Virus record (IMG/VR): IMGVR_UViG_3300045988_177924
Source: a virus
Length of the DNA stretch: 64,000 bases
Direction: 5' to 3' (one strand)
Below the pieces are notes generated by a model that saw only the letters and a list, made by a program, of their open reading frames with translations, did no database searches and was not told where the DNA came from. Positions 42,402 through 53,080 of this stretch are shown here, piece after piece. Numbering within the stretch: position 1 is the stretch's first letter; each line of letters opens with the position of its first letter. A program made the translations under genes and the position numbers.

Positions 42402-43154
42402 ATGTTAATTTTGGACTGGAATAAAAATTCAGAAGCGGTGTTAAAACAAGGGTATTATAACACACGACGTAGTATTAACACTGAACAAACACACCTTTGT
42501 CAATATTGGCAAGAACAAGGGGTGACTAAAGAGACCGCCTATAAGATTTGGGTGGAACTAGAGTCACCGCAAGTTGTAGGGTGTTTTAGTGAAGAAGAAA
42601 CTCGTGAGTATTTTGACAAGTTTTGGGAGAAGGCGTTACATTACGGCTTTAATAGAAAATATATTTATGGGCTAACAGCAAAAGAATATAATTTTATTGA
42701 AGGTTTAGATGTAGATAAAGAATACAAAGAGTTTTTGCGAATTTTAGTTGAGTGCCAACGCTCCTTTGGACGAGCCGATGGATTTTTTTGTAGCCAGGAA
42801 GTTTGGGAAGGGTTGGTTAAAGGTACCCGCCGCCAGCGCCGCCCATATAGAGTTGCACAAATGGACAAGTGGAATGCCCAATACAACTTATATACTATGC
42901 ACCAGAAAGCCTATTTCAGAGACGGGAAACCTGTTTACGGGAACGTAATCGAATTAAATTTTTTTGATAATAAAGGGACGGTTAAGACAGATTTCCAATT
43001 TAGCGAATATAGTGGTACTTGTAGGTCGTGTGGTAAGAGGTTTATCGTGGGGAAAAAGAAATATAAGGATTTATGCCCCGATTGTTATAAAACCGAATTA
43101 ACACAGCGTAAAAACGAGTTAAAACGGCGTTCTCGACAGGCCAAAAAAACCTGA
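42402..43154 (+). CDS. hypothetical protein with C-terminal zinc ribbon and basic tail (250 aa)
   Basis: CRSCGKRF..CPDCY. Confidence 0.6.
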   Translation: MLILDWNKNSEAVLKQGYYNTRRSINTEQTHLCQYWQEQGVTKETAYKIWVELESPQVVGCFSEEETREYFDKFWEKALHYGFNRKYIYGLTAKEYNFIEGLDVDKEYKEFLRILVECQRSFGRADGFFCSQEVWEGLVKGTRRQRRPYRVAQMDKWNAQYNLYTMHQKAYFRDGKPVYGNVIELNFFDNKGTVKTDFQFSEYSGTCRSCGKRFIVGKKKYKDLCPDCYKTELTQRKNELKRRSRQAKKT

Positions 43155-43267
43155 TTTAGGGTAGATGTCGAAAGGTACGGTGTTCTAATATTCTATGGAA
43201 AGAGTAAAATAATAGTTTTATAGTTGGTTTTTTGCTCTTCATTAGAGAATTGGGATGTCACTAAAAT

Positions 43268-43296
43268 TTGACAAAAAATAGAGATTGTGATAGTAT
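43268..43296 (+). promoter_or_regulatory. sigma-70-type promoter TTGACA-17-TAGTAT
   Basis: TTGACA 43268-43273, TAGTAT 43291-43296. Confidence 0.6.
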
Positions 43297-43326
43297 TAAA
43301 CTATCTAGAAGCACAAGGAGAAATAC

Positions 43327-44562
43327 ATGACTCAAACCGATTTTTTAGAGTTCCTCAAAAAGTTTAATGAAGAAAACTTAACCGAGGACGATTTGTTTGA
43401 AATAGGGGTAACCCACAAAGAGTTACCATTAGGAGTAAAAAACTGGAGTGCCCTGAATGAGATGTTGGGGATGCCTTTTACGACAGGTGAAAATTATCGT
43501 TGTTGGGTAAAGCAAAAACTTGCACGCTCCGGCGAATTACCTAGAAACTCAAAATTATTATCCAACAAAACAGTTGAAGAATTGTCCACCCAAGAAATGG
43601 AAGATGAAATCCAAGGACAAATTCAAGATTTATATAAGCAACAAGTTAAAACACGCGATTCTTTAAACGCTTATCGAAGAATGATGAGAGAAGAAGCGCG
43701 TTTGGATGATTTTAAAGCTTTGATGAAAGAGTTGGTTGTGGATATTACAAAACTTCCCAAAGTTGTGTATCATCCTGTTGGAAATACTTACACAGAAGCG
43801 GTTTTAATGTTGTCGGACTTACATATTGGTGTAGAGATTGATAATTATTATAATAAATACAATCTCACCATCGCTCGTAAAAGAGTGAATAAACTAATCC
43901 AAGATGTAATTAGATATTGTGTAAACAACAATGTCCAAAGATTAAATATTTTAGGACTTGGCGATTATTGCCAAGGGCATATTCACACAAGTGCAAGATT
44001 GGAGCAACAAATCGACGTTGTTGAACAAATCATGGTTGCATCCGAGATTATTGCAGACACGCTCAATCAACTACAGGCTGCCGCACCAGATGTGAGATAT
44101 TATTCTGTTACCGATAATCATTCACGAATGACGCCTTCTCTTAAAGAAAGTATTGAGGCCGAAAACTATGGTAAACTGATTACTTTTTATCTAAAAGAAA
44201 GGTTGAGGGATACTAACATTACTTTTGAGGAAAATGTTCTCGATCAGGAAATTGGTATGATTAATTTCCAAAACGGGAAGACCGGTGTGTTTGTGCATGG
44301 GCATCATGATAATATCACAACGCTTTTCCAAAATATGACCGCTTACACTGGGATAGTGGTAGATTATGCTTTTGTCGGCCATTATCATTGTGAAAAACTG
44401 AAAACGTTCAACAATTTCAAAGTTTATGTAAATGGTAGTATTGTTGGCGTAGATCAATATGCGTTTAGCAAACGCCTGTTTGGTAAACCAAGCCAAACCC
44501 TGTTGATCTTTGATGGTGACAACGTGTTGCATCATAGTATTAACTTAGATATTCAAGAGTAA
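43327..44562 (+). CDS. calcineurin-like metallophosphoesterase with N-terminal helical extension (411 aa)
   Basis: SD AAGGAGA; ordered motifs SDLHIG, GLGDYCQG, TDNHSR, VHGHHD, GHYH. Confidence 0.65.
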   Translation: MTQTDFLEFLKKFNEENLTEDDLFEIGVTHKELPLGVKNWSALNEMLGMPFTTGENYRCWVKQKLARSGELPRNSKLLSNKTVEELSTQEMEDEIQGQIQDLYKQQVKTRDSLNAYRRMMREEARLDDFKALMKELVVDITKLPKVVYHPVGNTYTEAVLMLSDLHIGVEIDNYYNKYNLTIARKRVNKLIQDVIRYCVNNNVQRLNILGLGDYCQGHIHTSARLEQQIDVVEQIMVASEIIADTLNQLQAAAPDVRYYSVTDNHSRMTPSLKESIEAENYGKLITFYLKERLRDTNITFEENVLDQEIGMINFQNGKTGVFVHGHHDNITTLFQNMTAYTGIVVDYAFVGHYHCEKLKTFNNFKVYVNGSIVGVDQYAFSKRLFGKPSQTLLIFDGDNVLHHSINLDIQE

Positions 44563-44584
44563 TTCAAGGATATGCTGTTCAAAG

Positions 44585-44612
44585 AGCCTTCGCTGTTGCG
44601 GGGGCTTTTTTG
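44585..44612 (+). terminator. rho-independent terminator
   Basis: AGCCTTCGC-TGTT-GCGGGGGCT then T6. Confidence 0.75.
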
Positions 44613-44643
44613 AATGGTTGTGTGTAGATTACAAGGAGGGCTT

Positions 44644-45819
44644 ATGGCCACTGAAAGGAAGATTTTATCAGCTTTTGGCACAATAGCCCAAAAGTTATAT
44701 TGTGTAGGATGCAAGACCAGTTTGGACCCCGAAGAGTTTTGGGGCAGTAATGGGACAATATCCGCACTTCGAACGGTGAAAGATAAAGAGCACAAATCTT
44801 TATTATGTAAAGAATGTACTCGTGCATTATATAATAAAATATTAGCAGAATGTGAAAATGACCATCTTGAGGCACTTTTCCAACTCTGCGCAATCAATGA
44901 CTGGTATTATGATGATTTACTTGCGTCAAGTGTGGCAACATCATTGGATGCGACTGAAATAATGCCAGATAAATATTTAGAGATTATTTTTACAAACGAA
45001 GAATATTGTAATAGGTCTTTTTGCAAACAGTTAAGCCGGTCAGTATTTATAAAGATGGCCAGTTTCAAAGAGGGTGAAGACGAGCTTACGGAAGATGATA
45101 AACAAAATCGTAATGATATTAAAAAAAGTTTTGGTTACGACCCGTTTGAATCTAAACCTATATCACAACGTTCAATGTTGTATCGTTCACTCAGCCAAAT
45201 GATCGATCCGACTTTAAATAATGACTTGGTACGTCAAAGAGCGGCAATTGAAATAGTGACTAACTATGAGGAAATTGACCGATTGGATTTGGCGATTGCA
45301 AAATTATCTATAACACCTGACGACATCGTAAAAAACGCCAAAGACTTGGAAGTTTTGCGAAAAATGAAATCAGATGTTAATAAAAATATTTCAATGTTAT
45401 GTAAAGACCACGGATTGTCGGCGAAATATGCTAACTCCAAGAGTCGAGGTGCTGGTACGTTGTCAGGTATTATGCGCGACATGGAAGAGAGCAATTATGA
45501 TGATGGCAAAACTAATCTTTACGATATTGAGACAAGTTCAAGTATTCAGCAGTGTTCTGATATTAGTGCAAAATCAATTATGGCACAATTGAGGTTGTCA
45601 GATTCTGATTACGCTCAAATGGTTGAGGAACAAGCAATGGTTGTACGCAGAGAGATTGCGGCGCGTAAGCAAGCGGAAGAAGCTTTGCGAATGTGCAAAG
45701 AATATTTGCGTAAACAAGAGTTGATTGCTGAACTTATTAAAGAATATAAACGTAAAGGGATTCCTTCAGAAGAAATAGAGGAACTGCTTGCTCCTGAGTT
45801 TAAGGAGAGCAGCACTTGA
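44644..45819 (+). CDS. hypothetical protein, possible terminase small subunit by position (391 aa)
   Basis: SD AAGGAGGG before ATG 44644; CVGC..CKEC N-terminus, coiled-coil C-terminus; stop overlaps the terL start. Confidence 0.3.
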   Translation: MATERKILSAFGTIAQKLYCVGCKTSLDPEEFWGSNGTISALRTVKDKEHKSLLCKECTRALYNKILAECENDHLEALFQLCAINDWYYDDLLASSVATSLDATEIMPDKYLEIIFTNEEYCNRSFCKQLSRSVFIKMASFKEGEDELTEDDKQNRNDIKKSFGYDPFESKPISQRSMLYRSLSQMIDPTLNNDLVRQRAAIEIVTNYEEIDRLDLAIAKLSITPDDIVKNAKDLEVLRKMKSDVNKNISMLCKDHGLSAKYANSKSRGAGTLSGIMRDMEESNYDDGKTNLYDIETSSSIQQCSDISAKSIMAQLRLSDSDYAQMVEEQAMVVRREIAARKQAEEALRMCKEYLRKQELIAELIKEYKRKGIPSEEIEELLAPEFKESST

Positions 45820-47492
45820 TTTCAGTCTATGGGAATCTCACAGATAACGAAGTAAATATTCGCAAACAAGAAAGTTTTGAAAGATATAATCGGTTAATTC
45901 AATGGGGCCGCAAGCACCCCACGCGATTTATTGAAAAAATTCTTGGAATACAATTGTTGGATTATCAACGGTGGATTATTATGGGCACCTGGACGGCAGA
46001 AAAAGCCGCTTGGGTATGTTCACGAAACGCGGGTAAAACATTTTTGGGAGCGGTATATTTGATGGCGAAGGCTATTTTGTTCCCACAATTTAAAATAAAT
46101 ATCATGAACGTTTCGGGGCGTCAGTCTTTTGACACCTTTATGAAAATCGAAGATATTGCAAAAAAGAATATTGCTTCATTATTGAATACGACAGACGTGT
46201 TTTTTGATGAACTCATCAAGAGCAACGCTAATACCGACGGGTTTACCCATAGCCAAAAGGGTTATGAGTGTAATCTGTATAACGGTTCGCGTATTAGGGC
46301 GCTTGTGGGTAAACCAGAGACCGTCGTCGGTGTTCGTTCTAATATTAACTTCTATGACGAGGCGGGAAAGATTCCACAGGCATTTTTCGATTTAACAGAA
46401 CCTTTTACAGCGCAAAACCGCGACTTTAAAACTGGTTCTGGTTTTGACGCGTCGGTTTATCCTAAGGATATACCAACACAGTGTATTTACTCGTCGTCAG
46501 CCGAAGACATTAATACCCATTTATGGTCAATGTATAAACTTTGTGCTACAAATATGATGATGGGTATACCTGGATATTTTTGTGCAGATGTCAACTGCGA
46601 TATTCCACTTGCACCGAAACTCAACGGGAAACCAATGTCACCATTGCTTAAACAAAGTGAGATAGATGACGCGCTAAAAAGCAATGAGTCTCGAGCAATG
46701 CGCGAGTATTATAACATATTCGATAACACGGGTGGTATTGACGCGTTAGTAAAACGACAAGATATTTTACGAAACGAACAAGACTATTTACCAATCTTTA
46801 AATCAGAAGGTCCAGAACACCATTATGGTTTATTTTTTGACCCCGCATTGCAACAAGACAACAGTTTTGTGCTTATTGTTGAATATTGGAAAGACAAAAA
46901 ACGCGGATGGATGGGTAAAATTGTTAATGGTATTAACCTTATCGAAAAATTACCAAACGGCGATAAGAAGCCCTTGCGTTCTCCTGAACAATTAGAGTGG
47001 ATTCGCAAGCTTATTGTAGCATACAATGGGAAATCACCTGAGTACGAAAACGTTATGTTTTATGTTGACGCTGGTTCCGGTGGTGGTGGTCGTAGTTATG
47101 CTGACAACCTAATGCTTCCTTGGACAGATCGTGATGGAGTAGAGCATGCGGGGATTATCGACTTAACTGATGATACAGCCAAAGAACAGGCAGAAAAATT
47201 CAGGCAAGCTAAGGATGTTTGTCGAATCATTGAGCCTCGTAAATGGCGTCCTACTATGTTTAGCGAATGCGCTGAAATGATTATCAACGATTATCTTATT
47301 TTCCCTATGCCCGTACCAAAACAAGGTGTTTGGGAAAAAGATGGCGAAAAATATGAACTTTCAAAAGAAGAATTAAGAGCATTGCTTGAAATTGATCTTA
47401 TGAAAGAAGAACTTGTAGCAATTGTGAAAACAAAGACTCCGAGTGGTGATGTAAAATACGGATTACCACCCGATAAGTCTCGTAAAATGCAT
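45816..47492 (+). CDS. terL: terminase large subunit, exon 1
   Basis: TTG start with SD AAGGAGA; Walker A-like SRNAGKTF, Walker B-like INFYDEAG, nuclease-domain FFDPALQQD and MFYVDAGSGGGG. Confidence 0.7.
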
Positions 47493-47731
47493 GAACAACA
47501 TTGTGCACTTGCGGCATAATACATAAACCGCTCGATTAAATCTTGTCTAATTGACTTGGAGGTCCAGAAGTGGATAACAAGGCGGAAGTCAATGACACCG
47601 TGAACGACTAAACGACGAGAGCCCGCGTTAGCGGGTGTGCGCTAGTCTGAACTCGCGATATAACAACAGAAACGCGAGAGAGGGGATGAAGAGCCCCTCC
47701 GCTTAGAAATAAGTCTTAAAGTAACAGAATG
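47493..47731 (+). ncRNA. ORF-less group I intron (about 239 nt) in terL
   Basis: P1 exon UGCAU paired with intron GUGCA (U.G at the splice site); UUGACUU/AAGUCAA (P4/P5-like); R-like GUGAACGACUAAACG and S-like GCGCUAGUCUGAAC giving P7 GACUA/UAGUC; P8 CCCGC-GUUA-GCGGG; P9 CUCGCG/CGCGAG; terminal G at 47731. Confidence 0.7.
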
Positions 47732-47926
47732 GATGATAGATGCTACACCTGTGTGTTGGCAGCTCACCACTTAGCACAATTGCGAAGAGAAGAAATTTTA
47801 GGTTCGGCTGAACCAACTACAAATATGGATGTTTTGTTTAGTAATCGAATTGCTCAAGGATTCAAGCAAAGACAAAGCGCCAATCCGTTTAGTGGATTCA
47901 CTAATCCATTTGGGCGGAGAAGATAG
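47732..47926 (+). CDS. terL: terminase large subunit, exon 2
   Basis: junction gives ..SRKMH-DDRCYTCVLAAHHL, like the C-terminal HDD nuclease motif of TerL proteins; exact junction is inferred. Confidence 0.55.
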   Translation, partial: DDRCYTCVLAAHHLAQLRREEILGSAEPTTNMDVLFSNRIAQGFKQRQSANPFSGFTNPFGRRR

Positions 47927-47946
47927 AAGCAAAAGGAGGCAGAAGG

Positions 47947-48360
47947 ATGATCTGTAAAATAATTTTCGATCATACTGGGATTGACATAGAAAATCTCTTA
48001 GATAAAATTGGGAAAATGGGCTCTTTTATGCTAATAAAAGGAGTAATTTATTTCCAAACACTGGGAGAGTGTTCTAAACAAAAATTAAAATCTGCTATCA
48101 AACGCAGTGGCGTGTCGGATTGTGTAATTTTGGAGATTACAGAAGACAGCCTTTGTAATGAGGGCGGATATGTTGCTGATTGGGCGCGTGAGCATTTTAC
48201 TAATCTTGCAACCAAACGGGCGATAGACGAATTAAATAGCGAGAAATATCGGAAGAAAATGGAAATCGAGGCACTTAAACTTGAGTTAGCCCAAGCCTTG
48301 GCTTCCGGCCAATTAATCGCAGTACCGAAACATCAAAAGGAGGATTGCACCAATGGGTGA
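47947..48360 (+). CDS. hypothetical protein (137 aa)
   Basis: SD AAAGGAGG. Confidence 0.6.
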   Translation: MICKIIFDHTGIDIENLLDKIGKMGSFMLIKGVIYFQTLGECSKQKLKSAIKRSGVSDCVILEITEDSLCNEGGYVADWAREHFTNLATKRAIDELNSEKYRKKMEIEALKLELAQALASGQLIAVPKHQKEDCTNG

Positions 48361-50305
48361 AGCCAATAAGACCACAAACAAAGGTGGCCGTCCAAAGAAA
48401 CAAATTCCCATTACCGAACAAGAACAACCGCAAGACTCCAAGTTGTTGATGACGACAGGAGGCGCTGGGACCGAAGTTAAAGATGTGTTGCAAGGCTGCA
48501 CGGATTTCTTTAATCGGTTTTTAGGAGATGTTGATTCCAACAGTGTTCTTGGTCAAGGTATTTATAATTTAAATCAATATAATCCATTTTTACAAAATAC
48601 ACGATTGAAGACGTTGGCGGGTCTGCCAATTGAGATGAGCAAAGATGGTATTATCAATGCGTTAAAAAACCCTCAATTCCACGAGGAAGATATTCGTGGG
48701 GCAGCGGCTTCATTATCGTCAAGCCAGTATTTGTATTATAAAATACTTCGTCAAGCGGGTGATATCCCTCTAATGAAGTATGTTAAATATCCGCCTTTTT
48801 TAGAAGCATCTGAATATAAAACGGAAAAATTCAAAAAAGATGACGACTTTGTGGACGAGTGGCTCGAAAAATTCGATATAGTGAACACTTTTAAACGCAT
48901 TGCGATTGAAGTGAAACGCGAAGGTAAGCCGAGTTATTTGTTGCGTAGTCATGTGACAAAAAAAGGTGGTAAAAAGATTGTAGATTATGCGGCGTTGCAA
49001 AAACTCCCGCCACAATTTGTCAAACTTACGGCAATTGGGGAACATGGTTTTGTAGCAAGTTTTAATTTAATGGTCTTTATGAATCCAGCATTTGTTCCTG
49101 ATCAATACCCCGCTTTTATTCAAAGAGTGTGGAGTGATATGATCAATAATAAAATTGCAGTCTTCGATCCTAAGAAAAATTCATACAAATTGGACATTGC
49201 GAAAGCGACTAACTACGCGTTCGTCGATGAGGACGGCAATTCTTATGATACATTGCTGGAGAGGACTGAAAAAAGGACATATATGTTCTGGGTCCAATTA
49301 CCTCAAGATTTGTGTTATACTTTCTGTAGCGATACCTCTACAGCTACCGCAGCGCCTGATACAGCAGGTCTATTTATGGATTTGCAAGAATTGACGGATT
49401 ACTCGGTACTGGCGGGACTTATTGCTAGTACACCTTTGACGTCGTTGCTGACGGGTGAAATTGAGCTGATCCCTAATCCATCAACCGGTCGTGATCAGAC
49501 GGCAATGAACCCCGAAACGGTTTTAAAATTCCAAAACTTGTTTAACAGTATGACGAGCACTAATACGGAAGCGTTCTTTGCTCCGTTGAAGAATTTAAAA
49601 TTGCAAAGTCTTAATAACGTTCCTAACAGTAGTGACATTAAGACTAAAGCGGTTTCAAACTTTATTAGTGTCGCGGGCGAAGGGGGCAATATTATCGCTA
49701 CTGAAAAACCGAGTATTGCGCAGGTAAAAACTGCTAATATGCTTTCGGCTGCCCAATATGATTTTGTGGTGAAACAGTTTAAATCAGCACTTAACAATAT
49801 TGTTCAAGAATGTATAGGTGCCGATTACAAATGGAAAGTGGATATCTTTGGGGATATTTTCTCTGAACAAAATCAGAAAAAGTATTTGAAAGAACTGGTT
49901 ACCGCAGGTATGAAAGGTTTGGTTCCTAAACTTCTTGCTTACGAGGATATAACTGTTAAAGACTCTAAAGCAGCAGAATTGTATTTGGACTCAATTGGAT
50001 TCTATGACAATTTAACAACGCTCACGCAAGTTGCGGCCTCAAAGTTAAATACACAACAAGAAAAGTCAGCCGACTTAAACACTAACGAAGATGGTTCGGC
50101 TAAGAAAGTTGGCCGTCCCGCATTAGAAGATGAAGATATAGAGTCTGATGAGACTGCTGCGTCACGCGAAAAAGGCGAAAACACAAGCGAGAATAAGGAT
50201 ATATATGCCGCAAAACGGTGTGCAATTTGCGGGGCAGAATTAGACAACGAAGATGATGTTCTTTGCGATGATTGTTGCGAGGCATATCTCGAAGAGCACA
50301 ACTAA
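48353..50305 (+). CDS. probable portal protein with C-terminal zinc ribbon (650 aa)
   Basis: SD AAGGAGGA; size and position just after terL; CAICG..CDDCC tail. Confidence 0.5.
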   Translation: MGEANKTTNKGGRPKKQIPITEQEQPQDSKLLMTTGGAGTEVKDVLQGCTDFFNRFLGDVDSNSVLGQGIYNLNQYNPFLQNTRLKTLAGLPIEMSKDGIINALKNPQFHEEDIRGAAASLSSSQYLYYKILRQAGDIPLMKYVKYPPFLEASEYKTEKFKKDDDFVDEWLEKFDIVNTFKRIAIEVKREGKPSYLLRSHVTKKGGKKIVDYAALQKLPPQFVKLTAIGEHGFVASFNLMVFMNPAFVPDQYPAFIQRVWSDMINNKIAVFDPKKNSYKLDIAKATNYAFVDEDGNSYDTLLERTEKRTYMFWVQLPQDLCYTFCSDTSTATAAPDTAGLFMDLQELTDYSVLAGLIASTPLTSLLTGEIELIPNPSTGRDQTAMNPETVLKFQNLFNSMTSTNTEAFFAPLKNLKLQSLNNVPNSSDIKTKAVSNFISVAGEGGNIIATEKPSIAQVKTANMLSAAQYDFVVKQFKSALNNIVQECIGADYKWKVDIFGDIFSEQNQKKYLKELVTAGMKGLVPKLLAYEDITVKDSKAAELYLDSIGFYDNLTTLTQVAASKLNTQQEKSADLNTNEDGSAKKVGRPALEDEDIESDETAASREKGENTSENKDIYAAKRCAICGAELDNEDDVLCDDCCEAYLEEHN

Positions 50306-50324
50306 ATAAAGGAGGAAGTTAATC

Positions 50325-50828
50325 GTGAGATTACATGAAGAAACTTATAATGCGTTAAATGAGCTAATGAAGATGTGTTTTGAGATGAATGCTGTTGCTG
50401 ACAATATCTACTATAATATGGCAAATCTGTATTATAATCATTCAGCAGAGTTATTCCATCATAGTTATGCACACGCTTGGGGTCAAGTTGCGGATATGAT
50501 TAGCGACGAAATGCTCAAATTAAACGCGAGACCAATTAGGCTACCCGTGGAGGGAGCAAATGAAGAATATGATAATCTTGAACTCATGATGGTCGTCAAT
50601 TTGGCTGCTGTTAATAAGGTTTTTGAGAAGTGTAAGGAAATCGTAGATTTGGCGGATATGCTGGACGATGTGGACATCAGAATTTTTGGAGAAAATTTAC
50701 TTAATGGTGTATTGTTGAATTATGTAAAACAATCAGACGAGTGGCTTAAGGTTATAAAAACCGTACCGGCGTACCATTTTGATATTCACTTTAGCGATTA
50801 TACACACTTCATTCCTATTGTCGAATGA
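50325..50828 (+). CDS. hypothetical helical-bundle protein (167 aa), weak Dps/ferritin-like resemblance
   Basis: GTG start with SD AAAGGAGGAAG. Confidence 0.5.
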   Translation: MRLHEETYNALNELMKMCFEMNAVADNIYYNMANLYYNHSAELFHHSYAHAWGQVADMISDEMLKLNARPIRLPVEGANEEYDNLELMMVVNLAAVNKVFEKCKEIVDLADMLDDVDIRIFGENLLNGVLLNYVKQSDEWLKVIKTVPAYHFDIHFSDYTHFIPIVE

Positions 50829-50836
50829 GGTAAATT

Positions 50837-51547
50837 ATGGGTCCTGGAGAAATTGTAAAATTAATTATTGAATATGGTATTTATCCTGTTCTTATGGGAA
50901 TTCTTTTGTGGCTACTTTTAGCTATACAAAAACGGCAAAACCGTGCAGCAGAAGAACAGGAGAAACGCCTAACAGGTCTTATCGATTCGAGTGTTAAATT
51001 AGCCATACACGATTCTAAAAAACATGGTCCAATAGAAGAGGCCGACAACCGTAAGGTTGCGACCTACATTAAATCTCAATTAAACACAATCGTTCAGGAA
51101 AATGGTGCAAATCGCGCCTTTTGTGTAGCATATCATAATGGCGGCACATATCTAAACGCGCGTAATTTTTCTAAATGCAGCATAGTGGCTGAAAGTGTGG
51201 ATAACCAAACAAGACCGTTTATGATGGATTATCAAAATGTCCAACGGGCTTTGTTTATTGAGTTGGATAATGAGTTGGCCACAAAGGGCGAATGTTATAT
51301 TGATGATATTGAGTCGATAAAAGATAGAAACCCTGGTAGTTATCATTTTTTAAAGTGCTGGGGTAGTGATGCTATTTATTTCAAAGCTTTGGTGGATAAC
51401 ACTTCTGATGTTGTGTTAGGGTTCATTGCGGCTGAATTTAATACAAAAACGCCCGAGGATAAAGAAGCTTTAAAATTATGTTTGAGTAAAAGAGCTCAAC
51501 GCATTTCTGGAGCCCTTCAATTTTCTCACGCTGAATCAGAAATATAG
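50837..51547 (+). CDS. hypothetical protein with N-terminal TM helix (236 aa)
   Basis: SD GAGGT; IIEYGIYPVLMGILLWLLLAI. Confidence 0.6.
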   Translation: MGPGEIVKLIIEYGIYPVLMGILLWLLLAIQKRQNRAAEEQEKRLTGLIDSSVKLAIHDSKKHGPIEEADNRKVATYIKSQLNTIVQENGANRAFCVAYHNGGTYLNARNFSKCSIVAESVDNQTRPFMMDYQNVQRALFIELDNELATKGECYIDDIESIKDRNPGSYHFLKCWGSDAIYFKALVDNTSDVVLGFIAAEFNTKTPEDKEALKLCLSKRAQRISGALQFSHAESEI

Positions 51548-51564
51548 TAAGGAGGCTGAAACTT

Positions 51565-53025
51565 ATGAATCCAATGGTGTTTAGCCTAGAGGCCGATAGG
51601 ATTAAGTTAAAGAAAATACTTGGTAGTAATTTCTTACAACTTGAGATGAAGGCTATTTCAGAAGGCGAAAATCGTAATCACAGTAGCTTCTCTTTAGAAG
51701 CGATGCAGGGGGCTCTTCCCAGTTTTAGAAACAAACCAATTTTGGGATATTTTAATACAAAAGAGCAAGATTTTGAATCTCACAACGGCACTTGGAAAAG
51801 AGATTCTGAGACCGACACACCTTATTGGGACACAACTATGCCCAACGGTGAGAGAATATTAGGATTGATCAGAGAGTCTGATTCTATCTCTATAGAGCCT
51901 GATAATAAGGGGAAAAATTGGATTGTACTTACATGCGCTCTGTGGGTACAATACGCTTTGCCTCAAATTAAAAGGTTGCTTAAAGATAAGAAAAAGAAAG
52001 TCTCTGTTGAGATCGATATAAAGGACTACGAGGATAGGGATGGTATCAGATATATCAATAAGTTTGAACTTCTGGGCATCACTATATTAGGTTCGAAAAA
52101 CGGGAAACCAGTTACGGAAGGTATCGAGGGTGCATCGGCGTCAGTCTTGGATATCATCGATAATGAGGTTTTCAACAGACAGAAGACGGCATTGTGTTTT
52201 GCCTACAAAGAATTGGATGGCGACGCAATGGAAGTCGAAAAATCTAACAAGGAGGATAGCGAGCAGTTGGACAATGAATTGACTTTACAGGAAGAAGCCC
52301 AAGTCGTTAACTGTAGTGAAGGTGAAGTGGCGCAAGAAGAGTGCCCAGTTGCACCGGAACAAGAAGACGCTCAGTGTCAAGATTGCCATATGGACGACGA
52401 TAACGACGACGATCAAGATGACGATCAAGATGATGACGATTCAGATGACGACAAAGGTACCGATAATCCTGAACCTGCATATTCGGAATGTCCCTCTGGT
52501 GAAGAAGGTGCAGAACCTGCTTATTCGGGAGAGCCCGAAGGCGACGGCGAACCTGCCCCTAATCCAGAAGCAGAGCTTTTGATGAAATGCGGCGAACTCG
52601 AAGCAAAAAATTGCGAACTTATGAAACGCATTGAAGAGCTTGAGTGTAAGATGGCCGAAAAAGAAGAAGCTTATTCTAAATATTTCGATTATGACGAGAT
52701 CAAAGAACAACTCGCTAAAGCCAACCAAGCGCTATTTGCTATTGAGTGCGAGAAGCGTGTGGCAGAAGCGCACGAGCTTTTGGATGACGAAAACGTCAAT
52801 AAAGAGCAATGTGATGCGATTTTCGATAAGTGCGCACGTGGCGAGTATGCTTCGTCTGACGCATTGCGTGCAGAAGTAGCATTGGCAGTCTTTAACGCGA
52901 ACAAGGGCAGTAAAACTCACAAAAAAGAGACGTTTACCACACCTATCGCAAAACCCGTAGAAATCAAATCTGAGAAGAATATGAGTGCTATGGACAAACT
53001 AAAACTGTATGTTGGAAGAGAATAA
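51565..53025 (+). CDS. possible prohead protease/scaffold fusion (486 aa)
   Basis: SD TAAGGAGG; position before the capsid genes; poly-D/E linker and C-terminal coiled coil; N-terminal domain only loosely protease-like. Confidence 0.35.
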   Translation: MNPMVFSLEADRIKLKKILGSNFLQLEMKAISEGENRNHSSFSLEAMQGALPSFRNKPILGYFNTKEQDFESHNGTWKRDSETDTPYWDTTMPNGERILGLIRESDSISIEPDNKGKNWIVLTCALWVQYALPQIKRLLKDKKKKVSVEIDIKDYEDRDGIRYINKFELLGITILGSKNGKPVTEGIEGASASVLDIIDNEVFNRQKTALCFAYKELDGDAMEVEKSNKEDSEQLDNELTLQEEAQVVNCSEGEVAQEECPVAPEQEDAQCQDCHMDDDNDDDQDDDQDDDDSDDDKGTDNPEPAYSECPSGEEGAEPAYSGEPEGDGEPAPNPEAELLMKCGELEAKNCELMKRIEELECKMAEKEEAYSKYFDYDEIKEQLAKANQALFAIECEKRVAEAHELLDDENVNKEQCDAIFDKCARGEYASSDALRAEVALAVFNANKGSKTHKKETFTTPIAKPVEIKSEKNMSAMDKLKLYVGRE

Positions 53026-53080
53026 TCAGCATACGAAAAATAATACATTTTATTTAATTATATAAAGGAGAAAACTTATT

